Of a stretch of 64,000 bases of DNA, positions 19,197 through 26,688 are shown one piece after another. Position 1 is the first letter of the stretch; each line of letters starts with the position of its first letter. Made by a program: the position numbers and the translations under genes. This DNA comes from Candidatus Babeliales bacterium (GTDB lineage: Bacteria; Babelota; Babeliae; Babelales; JBFXEV01), in NCBI GenBank assembly GCA_050179755.1, contig JBFXEV010000001.1:677940-741939 (forward strand). Direction: 5' to 3'. The notes beneath the pieces were generated by a model that saw only the letters and a program-made list of their open reading frames with translations, ran no database searches and was not told the DNA's origin.

Positions 19197-20541
19197 CAAG
19201 AGAATTGTGATGGAACATAAAGAAGCAATAGATTTATTAGAAAAGCACATGCATGTTTTGCAGAACGCGCCAGATGATTATACTCCTCTTCTTAATTACA
19301 TTGGCAATGCATCACTAGTATTGCTTGGTGAAGCCACCCACGGCACGCATGAATTTTATGAAGCACGCGCGCAAATTACTAAGCGTTTAATCCAAGAAAA
19401 AGGATTCACGCAAATTGCGATCGAAGGCGATTGGCCCGATGCATACCGTGTGAACCAATATATTCACCAACGTACGGCCACTAGCGCTGTGCATGCACTT
19501 TCTGATTTTAAACGATTTCCTGCATGGATGTGGCGCAATGCTGAGATGGTGCACTTTATTGAATGGCTGCGCATACATAACACCAATGTGCGTGAGAATC
19601 ACAAAGTTGGTTTTTACGGCTTAGATCTTTACAGTTTGCATCGATCTATGGAATTAGTTGTTACCGAGCTTGAAAAGTTCGATCAAGTAAGCGCGCAAAA
19701 AGCACGTGAGCGCTATGCATGCTTTGATGCGTTCCCTGATCCGCAATATTATGGCCACCATGCAACGCTCTATCCTAATGATTCTTGTAGGCAAGCAGTG
19801 CTTGATCAACTTGTTGCATTACAAAAAAAAGAATTAGATTTTTATAGAGAATGTGCCATGCCCGCGCGAGAGTGCCAATTGTATATTGAGCAGAATGCGT
19901 TGGTGGTTGCCAATGCGGAGCATTATTACCGATCTCTTTTTGAAGGTCATCGTGCAGCGTCATGGAATATACGTGATGCACATATGGCACAAACGGTTGA
20001 TGCATTACTGAAATTTGGTGTTCGTGGCAACGAATCTCCCAAAATTGTTATTTGGGCGCATAACAGCCATCTTGGCAATGCCAGTGCCACCCAAATGGCA
20101 AGTTTTGGTGAAATTAATGTGGGGCAATTACTCAAAGAACGATATGGTGCAAAAGTAGTTTCTGTTGGATTTAGCACGTATCATGGCACCGTGAGTGCTG
20201 CATCAAATTGGGGGAGTGCCGTTGAGCGCAAAATTGTACGCCCCGCGCTGCAAGGAAGTTATGAAGCGCTGTTCCATGAACTACCATTTGAAAAGGTTGT
20301 GCTTTTTACACATGATGATGAGCGTATTAAGCAGTTACTTGCGCCAGAGCGTTTGCAGCGAGCGATAGGTGTTATTTATCTGCCAGAGCGTGAGCGAGCC
20401 AGCCATTATTTTTATGCAAGTTTGCCCGCGCAGTTTGATGTAATGATTCATTTTGATACTACGCATGCGCTGGAGCCGCTTGATAAAAGTGCTGAATGGG
20501 AACAAGGTGAGTTGCCTGAAACGTATCCATTTGGAACGTAA
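19189..20541 (+). CDS. Erythromycin-esterase-family protein
   Basis: LLGEATHGTHEFYEARAQITKRLIQEKGFTQIAIEGDWPDAYRVNQYI and IWAHNSHLGNA are typical of the Ere/succinoglycan esterase-like family. Confidence 0.8.
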   Translation: MNSKRIVMEHKEAIDLLEKHMHVLQNAPDDYTPLLNYIGNASLVLLGEATHGTHEFYEARAQITKRLIQEKGFTQIAIEGDWPDAYRVNQYIHQRTATSAVHALSDFKRFPAWMWRNAEMVHFIEWLRIHNTNVRENHKVGFYGLDLYSLHRSMELVVTELEKFDQVSAQKARERYACFDAFPDPQYYGHHATLYPNDSCRQAVLDQLVALQKKELDFYRECAMPARECQLYIEQNALVVANAEHYYRSLFEGHRAASWNIRDAHMAQTVDALLKFGVRGNESPKIVIWAHNSHLGNASATQMASFGEINVGQLLKERYGAKVVSVGFSTYHGTVSAASNWGSAVERKIVRPALQGSYEALFHELPFEKVVLFTHDDERIKQLLAPERLQRAIGVIYLPERERASHYFYASLPAQFDVMIHFDTTHALEPLDKSAEWEQGELPETYPFGT

Positions 20542-21537
20542 CTATTTTTCTTGTGTTACCAATTTTGCAGGCTTATCTCTACGTAATCCTTTATATGTTG
20601 GATGGCGTAACTTATTATATTTGGTCCATTCAGTAAAACCAACTTCACACACTAACTGTGGTTTTACCCAATGCACGCCTTTAAGTGAATCGTCAAAGTT
20701 TACAAATGGATTTTTGTTTGTGGCTAATTTATTAAATTTATTTGTAAGATAGAGAAGTTCTTCTGTATCAAAGCCGGTGCCAATTTTACCAGCATAGTGT
20801 AATTTGCCGCGTTTATAATAGCCCACTAAAATTGCACCAAATCCAACGCGAGATCGTTGCGGGTCCGTGTAGCCGCCAATCACTAATTCTTGTTCTTGCA
20901 CACATTTGAATTTAAGCCAATCGGTAGAACGTTTGCTTTGATAGGTACTATTTTTATATTTTACTACCAATCCCTCCCATCCTTTTTTGCAGATAGTTCT
21001 AAAATAAGAGGCGCTTGCTTTGAGTTTGTGTTGTGTGTAACGTAATGGTTTTTCAAAAGTCATTACCTTACGCAATATTTGCTTACGCGTGATCAGTGGT
21101 AATTGAGTAAGGTCGTAGCCATCAAGATACATGATATCAAAGATATAATAATACACGGGAACGCGTGTTTTGGTGGCGGCTTCTTTGGTGCGGGCGTGCA
21201 TGCGCTGTTGCAAACGCGAGAAGTCAGAAAGGCCGTTTTTAAAAGCTACAATTTCTCCATCAAGAATCACGTTTGCTGGTATTTGTGCGATGGCATCTTG
21301 CACATCAGGGTAACTAATATTCATTGATAGGTGATTGCGTGATTCAAGAGCAACTTTTTTGCCTTTTTTTATGGCAACGCAACGCTCGCCATCAAGTTTG
21401 TGTTCGTAAAGCCAATCTGAGTCATAGAAGTAATTGTGGGTTAATGTTGCAAGCATTAAATTAAACGTGGAGGGTTGTGCTTTTTTTTTGAGTAATTTTT
21501 TTTGTTCTGGTGGTAAGTTTTCTAAAATGGGATTCAT
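20542..21537 (-). CDS. ATP-dependent DNA ligase (LigD/LigC-type ligase core: adenylation + OB)
   Basis: Motif I EHKLDGERC (catalytic Lys), then EGLVVK and WLKFK motifs. 331 aa. Confidence 0.85.
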   Translation of the reverse strand: MNPILENLPPEQKKLLKKKAQPSTFNLMLATLTHNYFYDSDWLYEHKLDGERCVAIKKGKKVALESRNHLSMNISYPDVQDAIAQIPANVILDGEIVAFKNGLSDFSRLQQRMHARTKEAATKTRVPVYYYIFDIMYLDGYDLTQLPLITRKQILRKVMTFEKPLRYTQHKLKASASYFRTICKKGWEGLVVKYKNSTYQSKRSTDWLKFKCVQEQELVIGGYTDPQRSRVGFGAILVGYYKRGKLHYAGKIGTGFDTEELLYLTNKFNKLATNKNPFVNFDDSLKGVHWVKPQLVCEVGFTEWTKYNKLRHPTYKGLRRDKPAKLVTQEK

Positions 21538-22225
21538 GTATGCTCCTGTTTTATACTGTGAGATTACAGAAATGTGTGAAGAGTTTACAAGTGTTTTATA
21601 GAAATATTGGATTCTATTTTAATGCATTATAGAAGTTTGCTTACTTATTAAAATTATTATATAGTTCCAGGGATTTTCTTTAATGTATGAATGCTTACGC
21701 TTCGCGCCTGTGCGGCGGGCATGAGACCTTTTGCTTCTCCAAAAGATCTCAACTAAAAGGAGCCAAGCTAAAGCTTGACCGGTCGGTAACGCCTAACCTT
21801 CCACGTATACAGCCTGCTAACGCAGCCTGTAACGAGAAAATAGGCTACCTAAAGTACTTTTACGGTAGGATTTTTAACTGACTATTTTACAATAAGTTTT
21901 CCGCCTCAAACGGCCGGCTGGGCCGACTTCATAAACTACCCTCCTTTAAATTTACGATTATATACCATTGTATAAGCAATGGTTTTTGTGACATTGATAG
22001 TTAAAAAATCCTGAAAAAGGGATACGTAAAGGATTCCCTCTTTTAGCTTCACTTTTTTACAGCGCACCATTGTAGCGCATTGGCACGATGAAACTTGTGG
22101 GTTTTTTGAAAATTTTAATAAAGAAGTCTGATGGAGCTGCAGCACTACTGCGCCTGAATAGGCGTGCAGTCAGGGCAAAGCGCATGGGCGTGACGAAACT
22201 CTTTATGCTTTTAGGAAATTAATAA

Positions 22226-22422
22226 AGTAGTTCTTATGCGCGCTGCGTGCATACTTCGTCGTGAAACGACGTGAAGTATAGCGCTCAGCGATCGAGCGGA
22301 ATGGTCCAGCGGAACGCTGGTGCTTTTTTGCGTCCTTTTTTTGCACAAAAAAAGGCATGCGCTGCCGCGCGTAGCGGTACCAGGGATAATGATTGTAAAA
22401 TGGTAAAGCGAACTTCTACATT
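22226..22422 (+). repeat. Structured roughly 200-nt repeat element, copy A
   Basis: Near-identical to 63015-63223. Contains four local hairpins, e.g. ccagcg-gaa-cgctgg and cctttttttg-ca-caaaaaaagg. Confidence 0.85.
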
Positions 22423-22561
22423 ACTACTGGAAAGTAAAGAACAATCTCTAGTGGCAAAACAAGACTCAGCATTGTAAATTAAATGGTCTGCTAGAAGTTA
22501 TATAAAATCTGGAATTATTTTTTACATTCTTTTTATTTAGGTTATAGTTATATGAATTTAA

Positions 22562-22897
22562 ATGTTCTTAACGAAAGTATTTGCCATGAAAAAATTAATT
22601 TTATTGGTTTGGTTGAGTGCATTTTCAGTAAACCTGATAAAGACGCAAGATCAAGAACAAGCATGTGATCCTTGCGAAAGAGCTTATTATTATATGTTGC
22701 GTACCGTGCAAGCAAAACCAGAACAATTTCAAGAATTATATGATAAAAGTTTAGAATATAAAGCGGAATGTAAAAAGCAACAAGAACAACAGATTAAACA
22801 GTTTGTAAAAACTAAAGATTACCAAAATTATGTTTTATCCTTTGGTTTAGGACTTGCTGTTGGTGGTGTTCTTGTTAAAGCTTTATTATCAAGCTAA
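22562..22897 (+). CDS. Small leader-bearing protein with C-terminal membrane anchor
   Basis: Likely true start is ATG 22586 (MKKLILLVWLSAFSVNLI). C-terminal hydrophobic SFGLGLAVGGVLVKALL. Confidence 0.5.
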   Translation: MFLTKVFAMKKLILLVWLSAFSVNLIKTQDQEQACDPCERAYYYMLRTVQAKPEQFQELYDKSLEYKAECKKQQEQQIKQFVKTKDYQNYVLSFGLGLAVGGVLVKALLSS

Positions 22898-23661
22898 AAA
22901 GATTGTTTTTTGTTATTGCGCGCAATAAACAACCAATCTTGTTCGATCGAATCGATTATGGATAAAGTCTTAAACGTATTCCAACTCGTGCGAATAATCG
23001 GCGTTGGTTTATGCCGATGCTTCCACACATACAACCGCGTTTTAGGATCACCAGGGCTTCCACTACCAAAATTGCCATAACGCTTTTTAAGACGTTCATA
23101 TTCTAAATCTGAAGCAGATTTTGCCAGTATTGATGCAGCACCCACGATGGTGTGATTTTCATCCGCGCGATGCTCAGGAATAAAATGAACTTTGCGTAAA
23201 TTTCTACGTTTTAGAGAGACTTTAAGTGCATCAAGTTGCGCTCGTGTTTCTTTGCTTAATAAATGGTTAAATCGCTCAAAAAATAGCTTTTCAGAGACTT
23301 CCCAGTTATCAATAATAACACTACCAAGTTCGGTGCTTGTTTGCTTTTGCAGGTCTTCCACTATTTTGCATACCACAAGCATTTCCCATGCGTTGAGATT
23401 GAGAGCTTTATTGTCGATCATATGGGGTTTTAGCTTGCGCACTGAGAAGGCGATTGCCGTTTCTTTAATGAGCTTTGCAAGTTCGTCTCGCTTTTTGCGG
23501 GCAATGAGCTTGCTGTCTTTTACACCCTTCTCGTGCCAAAGAGCAACGGTTGCAGGGTCTGCTACCACGCCTGCGATCATGATTGATCCAATAACGGGGC
23601 ATTTAGTGGCATCATCGATGCCAGTGATTAAAGTTGAAGGGTTAAGAATGACTTGTTTCAT
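22894..23661 (-). CDS. rnhB: Ribonuclease HII (type 2 RNase H)
   Basis: ITGIDDATKCPVIGSIMIAGVV matches the GIDEAGRGPVIGP block, with Asp in place of Glu. Start re-set to ATG 23661 (MKQVILNP). Confidence 0.75.
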   Translation of the reverse strand: MKQVILNPSTLITGIDDATKCPVIGSIMIAGVVADPATVALWHEKGVKDSKLIARKKRDELAKLIKETAIAFSVRKLKPHMIDNKALNLNAWEMLVVCKIVEDLQKQTSTELGSVIIDNWEVSEKLFFERFNHLLSKETRAQLDALKVSLKRRNLRKVHFIPEHRADENHTIVGAASILAKSASDLEYERLKKRYGNFGSGSPGDPKTRLYVWKHRHKPTPIIRTSWNTFKTLSIIDSIEQDWLFIARNNKKQSF

Positions 23662-23790
23662 AATGAGCTCTAGATCATAGTATCCGAATATGCTTAAGCC
23701 GTCAATTACTATTTTGTAATAATTCTTGCACAATGAAAATAGCTTTTTGTATACTGTTACTAGGTACTATATTCAAAAAGGAGTATTCTT

Positions 23791-24279
23791 ATGAAAAAAT
23801 TAATGCATGCGACTAAAAACAGCTTGCCAGAAAACCAACGTGTTGAGCTTTGTGCCATTCTTAATAAAACACTTGCTTCTACCACTGATCTTTACGTTCA
23901 ATGTAAACAAGCACATTGGAATATTAAAGGCATGAGCTTTATAGGGCTTCATTTGCTGCTTGATAAAATAGCAGAAGAAGTTGAAGAACAGGTAGATGTT
24001 GTGGCAGAGCGTGTGACCAGCCTTGGCGGCACGGCACTTGGCACCATACAAGAAACAGTCAAGAATACTCAGTTGCGTGAATATCCGGTGGATATTTTTG
24101 ATGAAAAAGATCATATTGCGCATTTAACGCATAATATTGCGATCTTGAGTGAGCTTGCGCGCACTGATATAGAGAAGTCAGAAGAATATGGTGATATGGC
24201 AACTAATGATCTGTATATTGATTTAGTGCGTATGCTTGAAAAGAATTTATGGTTCTTAGAAGCGCACGTGCAAAAGTAG
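23791..24279 (+). CDS. dps: Dps (DNA-binding ferritin-like protein)
   Basis: LYVQCKQAHWNIKGMSFIGLHLLLDKIAEEVEEQVDVVAERVTSLGG. AAGGAG precedes the ATG. Confidence 0.88.
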   Translation: MKKLMHATKNSLPENQRVELCAILNKTLASTTDLYVQCKQAHWNIKGMSFIGLHLLLDKIAEEVEEQVDVVAERVTSLGGTALGTIQETVKNTQLREYPVDIFDEKDHIAHLTHNIAILSELARTDIEKSEEYGDMATNDLYIDLVRMLEKNLWFLEAHVQK

Positions 24280-24297
24280 CAGCTTTTAAAAAATAAA

Positions 24298-24342
24298 TCC
24301 CGTGAAAGATAGTATAATTTAACATTCACGGGACTTTTTTTT
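24298..24342. terminator. Bidirectional rho-independent terminator between dps and the convergent 69-aa gene
   Basis: 9-bp stem tcccgtgaa/ttcacggga, flanked by an A-run on the left and T8 on the right. Confidence 0.75.
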
Positions 24343-24347
24343 ACTAG

Positions 24348-24557
24348 TTACTTAGGTAGTCTTGATGCCCACCATAATAAAATGATAACAACAAGCGTAG
24401 TAATTACTATTCCAGTTATGAACAGCTGAGAGGTAATCTCAGTTCCAAAAAAAATATTCGTTGGTAACGCACCAGAAGCTAAAGCTAACAAACTCCCTAA
24501 AATATAAAACGTTGCCGCGCCTGCCAAGAAAATAAGACAATCACGTAATCTAAACAT
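24348..24557 (-). CDS. Small two-helix membrane protein
   Basis: 69 codons, two hydrophobic helices (CLIFLAGAATFYILGSLLALA; LFITGIVITTLVVIILLWW). Confidence 0.5.
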   Translation of the reverse strand: MFRLRDCLIFLAGAATFYILGSLLALASGALPTNIFFGTEITSQLFITGIVITTLVVIILLWWASRLPK

Positions 24558-24665
24558 ACGGTCCTTTTTTGGTTTGAACGATTATTCTGTGGTTATATTA
24601 AAAACTTTTTATACCTTCATCTTTCTAGTTTGAGTATATTACTAAGGTGATGATTTTCTAAAACA

Positions 24666-25172
24666 TCATTTGTTTTGTGCATTTAAGGTCGCAGCGAGAT
24701 GTGCTTTCAATAGAAAAGATAAAACTTGTTCGTGCCCAGGCAAACAAAAACCAACTGATCCATCTTCTTGAGGATATGCTAAATAACCCTTTTTTGCATA
24801 GTCTGCAATTAATTTTGGTGTACTGCATGTGGAAAATATAGCTGGTGGTTTTTCTCCTTTTGGTTGCGGGTTTTCTGTTTCATATTTAGCGCGTGCTTGT
24901 TTGAGAGTACTAATCAAATCTTCTCTTGATATTCCTTCTTGTCCACAATCAATAGTACCATGGCCGTACTCAACCACCTCTACTTTGGGAACTTCTTGAT
25001 TGCCACTTTCTTTACGTAACGTTTGCTCAAGACGCATTGCCATCATGCGTGCTTCAAAAGCTTGCTCTCGTTGTTCCTTTTCTTTTGCTGTTAATTCATT
25101 AGGTTTTTTCATTGCAAAGCTTGCGCTTTGTACTAAACATGCTGCTATTAAAAAAAAAAGTGCTTCATGCAT
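24666..25172 (-). CDS. Hypothetical secreted protein
   Basis: Leader MHEALFFLIAACLVQSASFA followed by MKKPNE. No known domain. Confidence 0.55.
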   Translation of the reverse strand: MHEALFFLIAACLVQSASFAMKKPNELTAKEKEQREQAFEARMMAMRLEQTLRKESGNQEVPKVEVVEYGHGTIDCGQEGISREDLISTLKQARAKYETENPQPKGEKPPAIFSTCSTPKLIADYAKKGYLAYPQEDGSVGFCLPGHEQVLSFLLKAHLAATLNAQNK

Positions 25173-25181
25173 ACTCCTTAA

Positions 25182-25556
25182 TTACATTGAATCGCTATCG
25201 CTCGCGCATGGGCCTACTTCTACATGTCCCGTAGAGTTGTATCGGTTAGCTCTGGAAGCGGGTGCTGTTGCTTGCTCCATTCTAAATTGTAAAGCAAACT
25301 GTCTTTGTGTTGCATCCAGTGCTTCATAATCTTGAGCGGCAGCTTGTTCAGTTAATGTAAGTGCATGAGCGCCAGGTGCTCCACGCAATACTTGTACTTC
25401 TGTTTCCAAAGTAGCTATACGATCCTTAAGTGACCCAATAATTCGAACTTCTCTTTCCAAAACTACCACACGTTGCATTAATTTTCTTACATCATTGTCC
25501 ATGGTATAGCAATTGCTTATCATTAAAGACGCTGCAAAGAATGTATATTTTTTCAT
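25182..25556 (-). CDS. Small secreted coiled-coil protein
   Basis: Leader MKKYTFFAASLMISNCYT followed by MDND. Heptad-like VVLEREVRIIGSLKDRIATLETEVQVLRG. Confidence 0.55.
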   Translation of the reverse strand: MKKYTFFAASLMISNCYTMDNDVRKLMQRVVVLEREVRIIGSLKDRIATLETEVQVLRGAPGAHALTLTEQAAAQDYEALDATQRQFALQFRMEQATAPASRANRYNSTGHVEVGPCASDSDSM

Positions 25557-25660
25557 GATGGCCCTTTAGTAATGAGTGTTTTTGTTGTTAGGAATACTAT
25601 ACCAAAGAGTGCGTAAGGATGGCAAGTTAGTATTGCAGGGCAGCGCGCGTTGTTTGGGCA

Positions 25661-26677
25661 TTAGTCAAGCCGCGCGGTCTGCTCATGATATTTTGTTGCA
25701 TGGAATGTGCTTATTTGTGCATCTTTATAAAGTCGCTGCTCCATAAATTCAACAAGTTGATCATGATAGCGTGGGTCTCTCATGCCATTTGCAATAACTG
25801 CTTTCATCCACCCCAAAGGGTTACCAGTATCGTGCCGTTCACCTTGCACAATATACGCAATCACGCGCTCACCACTATTTTTAAGCATGTGAGCAATGGC
25901 ATCGGTTAATTGGAGTTCGTTTTTGGTAAGCATATTATGTGCTTGCAGATATTTAAGAGATTCATACACTTTTGGAGAAAGCACGTAACGGCCTACAATG
26001 GCTAGATTTGAAGGGGCTTTTTCTCGTGCCGGTTTTTCAACTAAATCATTTATTTCAAAGGTAAGTGGATCAATTTGTTTACTAAAACTTATTACACCAT
26101 AATTTTGCACCATGTGCATAGGTACTTCTTGTACGGCAATTACAGAGGCCTGTTCACGCTCTGCAATGCGCATAAGCTGACCTATAGCAGGATCATCTGC
26201 AAGATAAATATCATCAGGCAATATTACGCCAAAGTAATTGTTTCCTATTTCTGGTTCAGAAAGTAACACTGCGTGGCCAAGGCCTTTTGGTGCATCTTGC
26301 TCAACATAAGTAAATGAAAGATTGGCGAGCGCTTGCTCATGCGCTTCTACCATGTGATATTTGCCTAAAGGTTTTAAAAATTCAGATTTAAAAGGATCAA
26401 AATAATTTTTGAGTGCTTGTTTAAAATCGCTGCTTATCACCACAAGATCAGTAAGGCCTGAACCCTGGGCTTCTTCGGCAATAAAATGCATGGCGGGTTT
26501 TTCAGTAAGCGGGATCATTTCTTTGGGTATTGCTTTAGTGAGTGGTAAAAAGCGAGAACCTATTCCTGCTGCGGGAATGACTACTTTTTTTATGAATTTT
26601 GCTTCAATGCGTGGTGCTATAAACATTGCCACCCCAAGTACTATTACTCCATACTTTTTCATTTCATTCTCCTCCAT
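25661..26677 (-). CDS. galU: UTP-glucose-1-phosphate uridylyltransferase
   Basis: VIPAAGIGSRFLPLTKAIPKEMIPL, KGLGHAVL, VEKP. The N-terminus is uncertain; an internal ATG at 26626 would remove a hydrophobic 17-aa extension. Confidence 0.88.
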   Translation of the reverse strand: MEENEMKKYGVIVLGVAMFIAPRIEAKFIKKVVIPAAGIGSRFLPLTKAIPKEMIPLTEKPAMHFIAEEAQGSGLTDLVVISSDFKQALKNYFDPFKSEFLKPLGKYHMVEAHEQALANLSFTYVEQDAPKGLGHAVLLSEPEIGNNYFGVILPDDIYLADDPAIGQLMRIAEREQASVIAVQEVPMHMVQNYGVISFSKQIDPLTFEINDLVEKPAREKAPSNLAIVGRYVLSPKVYESLKYLQAHNMLTKNELQLTDAIAHMLKNSGERVIAYIVQGERHDTGNPLGWMKAVIANGMRDPRYHDQLVEFMEQRLYKDAQISTFHATKYHEQTARLD

Positions 26678-26688
26678 TGTTGATGTTA

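Noticed and set aside
22271-22477. ORFs 21687..21881, 22271..22477, 62674..62874 and 62735..62932, which share an AAARSGT peptide.
   Set aside because: They are translations of the GC-rich hairpin repeat. The shared peptide reflects nucleotide repeat identity. Substitutions between copies preserve base pairing rather than codons.
23192-23680. Long antisense ORFs in the track that lie inside better-supported genes. Examples: 23192..23680 in rnhB, 35249..35650 in LigD-Pol, 42034..42438 in the esterase gene, 47988..48362 in A4, 9432..9761 in the HAD gene, and 30683..31007 in the ANK gene.
   Set aside because: They are shadow frames opposite genes with clear motifs. Their composition is low-complexity or Cys/Ser/Leu-rich, and they have no Shine-Dalgarno sequence or recognisable domain.
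25150-25159. A10 (T10 on the coding strand) tract in the leader-coding part of 24666..25172, and a T9 tract at 21481-21489 in the ligase gene, as phase-variation switches.
   Set aside because: A/T homopolymers of this length are expected in an AT-rich genome and encode ordinary Phe/Lys runs. Only the G-tract at 41676-41689 stands out compositionally.
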